The notes under the pieces were generated by a model. It did no database searches and was not told the DNA's origin. It worked only from the letters and a program-made list of their open reading frames with translations. The translations under genes and the position numbers were made by a program. A stretch of 64,000 nt of DNA from Rebecca billardiae RCC1528 (Eukaryota > Protista > Haptophyta), in contig OZ251252.1 of assembly GCA_965240325.2 (NCBI GenBank), positions 372,001 to 436,000 of the forward strand. Reading direction: 5' to 3'. Shown in pieces: positions 54,261-64,000 of the stretch; within the stretch, counting starts at the first letter, position 1, and the number at the start of each line of letters is the position of its first letter.

Positions 54261-54653
54261 AAGGCTCGAGCAGTTCGCGTGCGCTGGACTGACTCGTGCG
54301 CACTAGCGGTGGGGCATGCCATTGCGCACACCGGCGGTCAACGGACCGACTCGCCAGCGGGGAGGCAGGACTACTCGAACAAGGGACTGCCCCCGCTGCC
54401 GCAGCCAGTGCCAGCAGTCGGGCACTGGCAGCGCAGATAGCACCTGATGGTGCTATCTGGCCGGTGATGGCCATCAGGCGCGCATGCTCCACAGTGATGC
54501 ATGCGGCACTGTGCTGCATCATACATACTATGCAGCGAGCAGGCCAGAAGTGGCCGAGCAGACCTCTGCAGTCTCCCTGTGCGCCATCTGAGGCAGCGAT
54601 GGGAAGGGATGACGCCGGGTGCGGGCAACCGCAGTGGCCAGGAGGGCAATCAA

Positions 54654-54993
54654 TGGGGCTAGGGCGGCCACACGCCCGCACTCACACCCAGCCGACGCGG
54701 CTGCTGCCGACAGCGCAGCGCCGGTCGGCAGGATGAATGCGGGCGGAGGGGCCGTCCGTTCCTGGCAATGCCTCATCCCTCTAATCCCATGCAAGCCTCC
54801 GCTTAAGGCGGCAGGCAAGGCATAGGGTCTGCTCATCTCTATTCCATAATCCATATGCTGATCATCAGCAGTTGGATAAGTGATATGGTTGATTGGCTGA
54901 CAGCCACGTCAGCGCCGCCGTTGAGGCCCATTTGAGATGGGCAGCGCAGCTGACTCAGTCAGGGGACCTGGTTGACCCAGATGCCTGATTAGT
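54654..54993. repeat. Repeat B, copy 1 (340 bp)
   Basis: Matches 57642-57974 except for a 7-bp indel near 54845. Confidence 0.96.
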
Positions 54994-55209
54994 GGTGCGA
55001 TAAACACCGAAGGCTGGTGGCAGCTTACTAATCAGAAGATGGCTCAAACAACCAGAGGTCACAGCACACCATGCATCGTGCCCGGACCGTGCGCGGTCCG
55101 GCAGTGCACAGACTCACAGTGGACCGGATGTTCTTCCGGGTGAGGCGGCACTCGCCGCCGCAAGGGGAAGCGCATCAGCAGGCGGCTCCGAGTCGCAGCT
55201 GCATCGCGT
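54993..55209. repeat. Repeat A, copy 2
   Basis: Directly abuts B1, sharing one T. Confidence 0.96.
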
Positions 55210-55299
55210 CCCACCCAACCCACCCTACACAAGGAAGCTGCAGTGCAGTCATATCGTCTACTCATCATTGGACGTGTGATCCCCACCTGAGTCTGACCC

Positions 55300-56232
55300 T
55301 GCCTTGCGCTTCCCGCGGCCGTCGCCAGCCTTCGGCTTTGCTTCTGCTGCACATGGAGGAAGCGGCACCCCACCTTGGGGCAGCTGCCGCTCCGCTGGAA
55401 CGAGTGGCACACGCCCGTGACTGGTCGTCTCGGAGCGCTGGCACGAGGGCCGTGTCGTTCACCTCGTCCAGCACCATGTGCTCAGGGAGCAGGGCACGCG
55501 CACTGCTCACGCCCCTCCGGCGATGGCACGGATGCCCCGGCGGCGAGGACGTCCGAGAACTGCGGGAACGGCGGCACTTGGCCGCCGGAGATCTCTCCGA
55601 GTGCCCGGGGAGCTTCTTCGAGGCGTTGAGCGGCCCGGGCAGCAGGACGATCGAGACGGTCTGGTCGTTGACAAGGTGGGCCTCCTGCCACACGCAGCCT
55701 TTGGTCAGCAGCTGCTGGGGCTTCTCGTCCTTCGTGGGCCGCGATGGCTCCCGCCGGAGCCGAGGCGCCTCGTCACGCGGCGGCGGCAGTGTTGCGGGCG
55801 CCAACGTCGGCATGGCGGCGGCGGTGATCGTTGACATCTCCCGCTGCTCCGCCGACCGATCGGCTGATCGTCACTTCGACTTGGCCGTTGCGGGCGGCCA
55901 GCGTCGCGCTCTCGAAGGCGTCCGCCCACGGGCCGTCGCCCGGGGCGGGCGCCGTCCTCAGCGTCTCGATCACCTGGTTCGTCAGGCCGCGGTCGCTCTC
56001 GGCGCCGGCGACCCCGAGCAGCTGCAGCAGGCGGCAGGCCGCGTGCCCGCAGCCCCTGACGGCAGCAGCGCGGCGGGCCGCGCGTGCGCGACGCACCCGG
56101 CGCCGGCTCGGCGCCGGTGGCGTCCAAGGCGAGTTTCACCGCCGCCACCGCGTTCGCGCGAGCGCGCGCCACTGCGGCCGCCAATTCGTCGGGCGCCAGC
56201 GGCGCGTCGGCGGGGTTGGGGACGGCTGCCAT
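55300..56232 (-). pseudogene. Frameshifted gag-like ORF ending in a CCCH zinc finger
   Basis: ATG at 56232 (MAAVPNPADAPL); protein-like segments spread across several minus frames; CHSFQRSGSCPKVGCRFLH at ~55350-55410. Confidence 0.55.
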
Positions 56233-56350
56233 CGGGGCGCTCGTTGCGCGGCGGCTGATTTCCCGCCCGCGGCCCCGGCCGCACGGTGACCCTGCGCACC
56301 CCGGACACCCGGGGTCTTTCGGTCCCGGATCGGCCGTCCGCACATGCGGC

Positions 56351-57641
56351 ATGGCGGCCGGTGAGTTCGGCGTCGCAGCGGACGCACAGCGCCGGGAGGC
56401 GGTGCGCGCGCAACGCGACGTTATGCGCCGGCCGCCCGTCCACCAGGCGGCGACGTCGGTCATCCCAGGCCTGGTGGTGGCCACCGCATACCAGCGGCCG
56501 ACGCTCAAGCAGCAGCAGTGGCACTCCCAGGATCGAGGCCGCGTGCCAGATGGAGCACCCCTTCAACGCGCCTGTGCTCGGCCTGGCACTCGACATGCGC
56601 GCGGCGGCCTCGTGGATCTGTGCACCAAGAGGCACCTCGGTCCACGACGCCCGACTGGCTTGGTTCCACACCGTGAGAGGTGGCGGACAGCCTGTCTGGC
56701 TGGTCGGCTGAACTGCGTCAGCTCGGACCGGGTTCCATCCGCCGACCCGAGCGGGTCTTCGGAACGCGGAATGGTAAGACCGTCGGCAAGCCCCATGTGG
56801 CTTTCATCTGGTCTGCGGTGTCCAGTGCGTGGGCAATTGCGCGGACAGCGGAGTCTTCCGAGCAGATGCGCAGCACGCCTGCCTCCGCATGGCGGACCTG
56901 GATCACGCCGGGTGGGATGCGGCGGTGGAGGAGCAACTCCAATCCCAGGCTGCCGGCGCCGCTCACGCAGACGTCCTTGAAGCACTGTGGGCCCACACCC
57001 AGCAGGAGGTGCAGGACTGATGGGCGGCGGAGATCGGCTCGTCGCCAGACGTCGATCGCCTCTTCGGCAGGCACAAGTGGCGTGCCCATAATCCGCCGCG
57101 GGGTGCCACAAGGCGGCAGGGTCAGCCCATGCGACAACGCCAAGGCCTCCTTGCACAACTCGTGTACAACGTTGCACGAACGGCTTCGGTGCACCTTGGG
57201 CGATTTCCCGGCAGGGGCGGCTGCCCTGTTCAGCGACGTGCTGGGACAGCTGGGCCACTCTGGATGGTCTATGATGCTGGGCATCGAGGACATGGAAGCA
57301 GGGTATCGCCTGATCCAGTGCTCTCAGCCACGATTCACGTTGCTCGCGCACTGGGACCCATTCCGCTGACGTGTGGTGTTCTTTCGCCTCCAGGGGTCAA
57401 CTCTGGCCTGAAGAGCGCGGTCATCCAATTCAATCGCCTGGCTGAGTTCGTCACCAGGGTCGCAGTGCTGGCGCTTCCCATCTGTGTGGGGCACTACTTT
57501 GAGTAGGACTTTGCTGTGTGTGAGCCCACCTTTGCGAAAGGAGGGCAGGGGCTGCTGGTGGACCTGGGCCTCCTTATGGGCTTCCAGGTCAACCAGGCCA
57601 AGTCTGGTGAAAACCTTCCTAAGGGTCATACACGACTTCTC
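56351..57641 (+). pseudogene. Decayed, 3'-truncated reverse transcriptase of DIRS/Ngaro type
   Basis: Across plus frames: LWAHTQQEVQD*W, RRGVPQGGRVSPCDN, DMEAGYRLIQ (57289), GLKSAVIQFNR, HYFE*DF (57492; YxDD site). Cut off by repeat B2. Confidence 0.78.
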
Positions 57642-57974
57642 TGGGGCTAGGGCGGCCACACGCCCGCACTCACACCCAGCCGACGCGGCTGCTGCCGACA
57701 GCGCAGCGCCGGTCGGCAGGATGAATGCGGGCGGAGGGGCCGTCCGTTCCTGGCAATGCCTCATCCCTCTAATCCCATGCAAGCCTCCGCTTAAGGCGGC
57801 AGGCAAGGCATAGGGTCTGCTCATCTCTATTCCATATGCTGATCATCAGCAGTTGGATAAGTGATATGGTTGATTGGCTGACAGCCACGTCAGCGCCGCC
57901 GTTGAGGCCCATTTGAGATGGGCAGCGCAGCTGACTCAGTCAGGGGACCTGGTTGACCCAGATGCCTGATTAGT
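57642..57974. repeat. Repeat B, copy 2 (333 bp)
   Basis: Matches 54654-54993. Confidence 0.96.
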
Positions 57975-58133
57975 TCATACGCTCACGGTTACTCACCCGT
58001 GCAACATACAGGGTTACTTACGTAGTACTACTAGTACTACAGTCAGTCCGACAGAGTCGGTCACTGGTACACTGTACAGTAATTAACGGAGTATGTTCGT
58101 CAATCTTGATGATGATGACAAACGTAGGGCGTC

Positions 58134-58243
58134 AATCTCGCCTGCCTGAGCTGTGTGCGTCTCTTATTCTTAGTAAACTGTACATGCAGTTTTTACTAAG
58201 AATAAGAGACGCACACAGCCTCAGGCACTAGGCAGGCGAGATT
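58134..58243. repeat. ~110-bp imperfect palindrome made of two back-to-back TIR-like arms
   Basis: aatctcgcctgcc..tagtaaactg|tacatg|cagtttttactaag..ggcaggcgagatt. Confidence 0.9.
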
Positions 58244-58741
58244 CAGTAGACTGAACATGACAATGGCGGCGTGATACAGTACGATGATCATCGCTGCGCC
58301 GTCATCGAGTAACAACCCTGCCTGGCTGGCGCCAACGATCGGGCCCAGTGCTCGGCCAATAATAAAGTCCACAACGTTGGTCACACACTGCCACGCGCGC
58401 CGCGTCCCCAAGGCAAACGGCCTGCCTTCTTCCGCGCCGGCGCGTCGCCTGCACGTCGGCGGCCCCCGGCCCGCCGCGTCGGCGTCATCCGCCACGTCAC
58501 CCCGTCGCCATCGCGCGCGGCGTGGCGCCAGTAGCGGACTCATCCCGGTCGCGCCGGCGGCGCAGCGTGGCTTCCACCCGTGGCGTGCGCTCGCTGACGA
58601 TCGCCGCTGCCATCAGCCGGCGGCTCACCCACACGGGCCACGGGCCACAGAGCCCCGGCCCACAGCCCCAGAAGCGGTGCCGGCCACGGGGGCGGCGCGC
58701 GGTCGGTCGACGGGCTTGCCGGGGGGCGCGAGCGCGTGGGC

Positions 58742-61700
58742 TCACGCCGCTGCGTTCACCGCCGCCGCCTCCGCCCCCGCCTGGTACGCGGCCGGTGTGG
58801 CGTGGGGCGCGGGCGAGGGCGCCGCCGAGTAGCCCGCCGAGCCGACGGAGGGCGAGCGAGGTCCGGCGCCGTGCGCGCCCGCGCCGCTGCCGGCTGAGAG
58901 GCCCTGCGTGGCGCGCGCCGCGCCGTGCGCGCCGTGCTGCGCGCCTGAGGACGAGGAGCCCAGCCAGCTGTAGCCCGCCCCATCGGCGCCGTTGGCGTAC
59001 GCGTACGCGCCGTCCGCGCTGCTGCTGCCGCCGTCGTCGCTCGGCTGCAGCAGCGGCGCGAGCGCGTCGTGCACCGCCTGCGCAGCGGCGCGGCGGGAGC
59101 AGCAGCGCGCGGCGCAGGCGGGCCAAGCCAAGGCATCGCGGGGCGGGGCGGGGCGTGGGCGAGTCAGAGGGAGCTCGGAGGGAGCTCGCGCGGCAGGGGC
59201 CCGCCTGCGCCCGCGTGGACGGGCGTGTGTGTGTGTGTGGACCGGCGCAGCACGCATGGCGTGTGCGCGCGCGCAGGCAGCGCAGCGCGCTCGGGCGCGG
59301 GGGAGAGCAGAGCAAGCGCACGCGCACCGTGGCGGAGCCGAGGCCGAGGCCAGGGCCTGCGTGCCCGTGCCTGCCACCGCCGCCGCCGCCGCCGCCGCCG
59401 CCGAAGTTCGAGGCGCGCTGCGGCGGCGCGATGCCGTCGGCGCCCGGCGCAGCGCCCGCGCGCGCGGCCGAGCGCTGCAGCAGGTGCGCGAGCGGCGGCG
59501 CGTGCGCCCCGGCGGGGCCGGTCGAGACGCGCGCCGCGCCGTGGCCTCCCGCCCCAAACTGCTTGAGGGGCCGGCTCATCTCGAAGAGGGGCTCCGCCGT
59601 CGTGCGGCGCTGGCTACTGGAGGGCGCGCTGTTGTCGGCCGGCGTGTCGGGCGGCGCGGCGGAGGCGGGCGGGGTGGCGGCGGCACCGCCGCCGCCGCCG
59701 CGCGCGTGCGCCGAGGCGGGCGGCGAAGACATCACGCCGCGCAGCGCCGCGGCAAAGCTCAGATGACTCTCAGCGCCGTGCGCCTCGGCGCGCTCGGGCG
59801 CGGCGCCGCCCTCGGCGGCCGCGGCCGCGCCACGCCCGCCGGCGGTGCCGCCACCAAAGTACGCGGTGCCGCCGGCGGCGGCGCGCTCGGCGTCGGAGGC
59901 GTCGGCAGCCGAGCGCTCCGCCGCCGCGTCCACATCGCGGTCGGGGTCGGTGCCGTGCGGCGGCGAGCGCGCCGCGTGCGCACCACCGGCTTGAGGCGTC
60001 GCCAGCGCGCCGCCGGCGCCGGGCGCGAAGGAGCTGGGGCGGCCGCTCGGCGCGGCGGTGCCGCCGCCCGCGCCGCTGGCGAGCGTGGACGAAGAGACGC
60101 GCGCGTGCGCGTGCGGCGGCGTGGACAACATGGACGCCCACGGCTGCTGCGGCTGCTGCGCGCCCGCCGCAGCCGCGGACTGGCCCATCGGCCCAAAGGC
60201 ACCCAGGGAGAAGCCGCGCGCCGACCCGCCGCCGAGGCCGGCGCTCGCGTCGGCGGCGGCGCCGCCGAGCCCGCTGCCGCCGCCGCCGACGGAGGAGGGG
60301 AGCGAGGTGCGCGCGCCGCCGAGGCTCGGCGCGCCGTATGCGCCGCCGGCGCCCAGCCCGGGGATCCACTTGGGCTGCGGCGCGTGGGCGCCGGCGCCCG
60401 CCGCGCCAGCGAGCCCTGCGCTGTACGCGCCGGCGCCCTTGCCGGGCGTGCCCGCGCTGCCCGCGGCGCCGCCCGCTCCGGCCGAGGCGGCGCTGAGGGG
60501 CGAGCGGAAGGTGGTCGACGCGGAGGAGAGCGCGAGCGAGACGGCGCTCGCCGGCGAGCCGCTCAGCCGCCCGAGCTGCGCGTCGTTCACCTCGCGGTTC
60601 AGCCACTGGATCACCTGCGCGGCAGCGGAGGGCGCGCGGCGCGACCGGCGGCGGGCGCGGGCGGGGGCGGGCGTGGGCGGGGGCGGCGGCGGGCGTGGGC
60701 GTGGGCGGCGGCGGGCGCGCGAGCGAGCACGCGGGCCGGTGAGTGCAGGCGCGGGCGGTGCACGCGCGCAGACGAGGGGGGAAGCGCCCGGGCGCGGCGT
60801 CGCGCGCGGTAGCGCCCGCGCACCTGCTGGTTCGCCTGCAGCTGCGCGTGCGCCTCCTCCAGCTGCCGCGCCGCCTCGGCCGCGCGCTCGTCCGAGCGCT
60901 CGCGCGCCGCGGCCGCCTGCGCCATCTCGGCGCGCAGCCGCTCGAGCGCGAGGTGCGACTCGTCGAGGGCGCGCTGCTTCTCGGCGGCGAGCTCCTCGGC
61001 CTTCTCCGCCTTCTCCCCCTTCACCTTCGCGCGCGCCCGAGCCGCGCGCCCGTCCGCCTGCAGCTTCTCGATGATCTCGTTCCCCTTTTGGATCTCAGAG
61101 GCGGCCGCACTCAGCTTGGCGTCCAACCGGTCGGCGCGCGCGCGGCTCTCGGCGAGCGCGGCGTCGGAGGCGCGCTTGGACTCGGAGGCGGCGTCGAGCA
61201 GGGCCTGGGTCTTCGCCGCGAGCTGCTCCTTGTCGCCCACCGCCTGGTTCAGCGCGGACAGCTCGAGCGCCGCCGCGTGCGCCTCGCTCTCAAGCGCGCG
61301 CACGCGCGAGCGCAGCGTGCCCGCCTCGGCGCGCAGCGCGCCCGCCTCCTCCTTGCTCGCGCCGCCGTCGGCCTCGGCGGCGGCGAGGCGCGTGGCGGTG
61401 GCGGCGGCGCGCATCTCGAGCTCGTGCTTCTCCGCCGTCAGCTTCTCGCACGCCGCACTCGCCGCCGCGAGCGCGCTGCGCGCCTCGCCGAGCTCGGCGG
61501 CGGCGCGCGCGCGCTCGGCGCCGAGCGCGTCCGCGGCGGCGCGCTCCGCCGCCGAGAGCGCCGCCGTGGCCTCCTCGCGCGCGGCGGCGAGGTCCTGCGC
61601 GCGGCGCGCCTCGGCGTCGCGCGCCGCGGCGTCGCGGTGCGCGCGCTCCGCCACGAGCGCCTCGTGCGCCTCGCGCCCCGCGCGCTGCGCCTCGTCGCGC

Positions 61701-62221
61701 GCGGCGCCGACGCGCGCGAGCTGCTCGCGATTCGCCTCCGCCTCCGCGCGCAGCGTGCGCACGACCGCGGAGAGGTGGGCGCGGAGCGCGCCGTCGGTGG
61801 CGGGGCGGACCTTGAGCGAGAGGTGCGGCAGCTGCGAGAACGAGTTGATCTCGTGCACCGCGAACGTCGGGCCCTGCGGCAGGCAGCGCAGCGTCGCGGT
61901 GAACGCGGGCCGCTCGTCGGCCGCCGCGCGCACGCAGCGCTCGAGCAGCTCAGAGAGCTTGGGCGTGAACTGCTGGAAGTCGACGAGCAGGTTGTGCTCG
62001 GCCTTGATCGCGTGGTAGTCGTCCTCCGAGATCTCCAGCGTGTACAGCAGCAGCGCGTCCTCCGGGTCGGTGAGCTGCAGCCGCAGCACCTTGGGCGAGC
62101 GCGGCGAAGGCGCCGACTGCGCGATGCGCACGCTCAGCCGGGCGAGGCGGTCCTCGCGCTCGGGCACCTTGACGCGCGTGGGCACCTCGGACGAGTAGAG
62201 CAGCTCGTCTACCGCGGACAT
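58742..62221 (-). CDS. SAS6: Centriole cartwheel protein SAS-6; 3 exons (62221-60824, 60614-59328, 59077-58742)
   Basis: Head domain LQLTDPEDALLLYTLEISEDDYHAIKAEHNLLVDFQQF, coiled coil with EIQKGNEIIEKLQ, and NQQ|VIQWLNREVN across intron 60615-60823. The second intron (59078-59327) is less certain. Confidence 0.92.
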
Positions 62222-62420
62222 CGCGGACGAGCGGCGCGCCGCGGCCCGGGCTCGCCTGGCGCTGCGCGCGGGCAACTCAAAAGGCGATGGAGCGCAGCCT
62301 GCGCTGCCAACGGTGGGCACACAGGGCCTCGGCCGGTGGCACGGGAAAGCTCAAACGAGTCCGGGCGTGGTGTCCATGACACTGCGTCATCCGGACCGCA
62401 GCACTCAGCAGCGCATCGAA

Positions 62421-62840
62421 ATGGCGCAGCAGGTGACGGCGGCGGCGCTCGCGGGCGTGGCGGCGGCTCTGGCGGTACAGCTGTACCGCAAGCAGCGGCG
62501 GCACGCCGCGCACGCGACGGACGAGCGCATCTTCCTGCACGTCACCTTCGAGATCAAGAAGCCCAACGAGCCGGACTTCCTCCGAGCGTTTGCGCCGCTG
62601 CTGCAGGCGTCCGTGCGCGAGTCTGGGTGCATCAAGTACCAGATGACCAAGGAGAAGGACGCGGCGCCCGAGAGCAGCACGTACGTGCTGCTGGAGGAAT
62701 GGACCACCGAGGCGTCACTCGCCGCGCACGAGCAGACCGCCCACTTCAAGGAGTACGTGCCGCGCATGGCCGCCAACGCCAAGATCTTTGTCCTCAAGTA
62801 CAAGCCGTGCGACGTCGCCGCGCTCGCGGCCAAGCTGTGA
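62421..62840 (+). CDS. ABM-domain (YgiN/quinol monooxygenase-like) protein with N-terminal membrane anchor
   Basis: SVRESGCIKYQM, YVLLEEW, LAAHEQTAHFKEY; hydrophobic AAALAGVAAALAVQLY. Confidence 0.88.
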   Translation: MAQQVTAAALAGVAAALAVQLYRKQRRHAAHATDERIFLHVTFEIKKPNEPDFLRAFAPLLQASVRESGCIKYQMTKEKDAAPESSTYVLLEEWTTEASLAAHEQTAHFKEYVPRMAANAKIFVLKYKPCDVAALAAKL

Positions 62841-64000
62841 CGAGAGTTCTGTGCACGGGGGCGCGGCCATGCCGCGTATATCTATAGACGATATGGAGTA
62901 TGTATAGCGCTACGACAGATGGCGTATACTACGCGAGTGACGCGATGATATCTGTACGTAGTAAATATATATTAGCAGCTTATAATGAGACTTATATTGA
63001 CGACTACTATAGTCGGCGTCGCAGACGCAGGTCTCGGGACCGTACTCCGTAGTCCGTAATTATCACTAATCAGTAACTTCGACGGACAGTCTATACATCA
63101 GTCATACTCTGATTCGTCACGCGGAGTCTACGGCTGTCTACGCTGCCTACCGACTGGCACTCTGGCCCGCAGCAGATCGATGAACTCGTGCTCGACTGCT
63201 CGTATTACGGACGGATATCCCACTGCAACAGATAGGATCTGATCCGCCTATGGCATAGGATGAGTTCACCAGAGCGCCAGCGGCTCAGTTCTGCGCATAC
63301 GATCATCGGTGTTGCTATATCGTACACACAACTCCACCGGCTGTCGACACACACCATCTCCGCCTGCCGCCACTGCCACGGCGGTCGCGCGCGCGCGCGC
63401 GCGACCGCGCGCGCGCGCGCGATCCTATGCCATAGGATCCGCGACGGCATGACAGCGTCAGTTGCTCGCCCCTGGCAGCCGAGCGGCGACCCTGGGCACG
63501 GACGGCGCAGGCGAGTGCTCGCACCGGATGCCCGCGCTGCCGCCCGCACCGCCGCCCACGCCGCCAGGCGCGTTGCTGCCCGTGGCCATTCTTGGGGCGG
63601 GGCGAAGAGAGGGCAACCGCCATCGTGCGTGCGGCCACAGACCTCCCACGATTGGTGGCGGCCGTCCTTGTGTGGACCACTAGCCCACGAATCCAAGAGC
63701 GTGCGGGTCGAGCGTCGCGTAAATCGACTGCGGCACACGCATGGCGTGTCTACAGGTGCGATACCATCCACGCACGCGACATGGCAAGATGTTCCGGCTA
63801 CCTCCGAGGCTTGCTCTACATGCGTGCCGATGCTCGATCGCAACCACCTGACGACGCGAGCGACCTGCAGCGGCTTGTGCGCGCAGCCCCGGCGTGACGT
63901 ACAATGCCATGCTTGGCGAGGACCAAAACGCATTGTGATTGAACCTCGTACGGCTCCGGTCGAACACAGTGAACCACGATGTGTGAGCATCAAGCTGGGT

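Larger units (their letters stand above)
50972..57973. mobile_element. Defective DIRS/Ngaro-like retroelement with split direct repeats and an internal satellite
   Basis: A1 50981-51197 = A2 54993-55209; B1 54654-54993 matches B2 57642-57974; B1 abuts A2; RT remnants and a CCCH-finger ORF inside; TTCATACGCT on both flanks. Confidence 0.78.

Noticed and set aside
50981-57974. Conventional LTR retrotransposon
   Set aside because: The two ends are different sequences (A vs B), with no TG..CA LTR pair, PBS, protease or integrase seen.
63205-63993. 262-aa minus ORF at the right edge
   Set aside because: No recognisable motif; context truncated.

Overview
Eukaryotic, extremely GC-rich, gene-dense nuclear DNA with short AT-rich spacers and GC-rich spliceosomal introns of about 200 bp. 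Composition, a GC-AG intron and signal-peptide-led organellar proteins suggest a haptophyte alga, possibly Pavlovales; that is an inference, not an identification. About 18 protein genes are supported: a PAN/Apple membrane protein, an EEP nuclease/phosphatase, Sel1-MYND, an archaemetzincin-like pseudo-protease, a ~3020-aa IQ plus CEP164-type WW protein, tail-anchored ELP3, TTLL11, two head-to-head glycosyltransferase-like genes, an ankyrin protein, a HAD hydrolase, archaeal-type DTD2, an NDPK-UBA5 fusion, an Orange-like DnaJ zinc-finger protein, F-box-RCC1, a VPGUxxT thioredoxin-MsrA-like fusion, SAS-6 and an ABM monooxygenase. Positions 46.5-58.3 kb are mobile-element rich. The standout is a ~7-kb retroelement-like unit with split direct repeats (A1-array-B1/A2-ORFs-B2), a decayed DIRS/Ngaro-type RT facing away from a gag-like ORF, a structured 183-bp tandem array and a 10-bp flanking duplication. 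Most long ORFs in the supplied track are antisense or off-frame shadows caused by high GC. All family calls come from motif recognition by eye; no searches were run.
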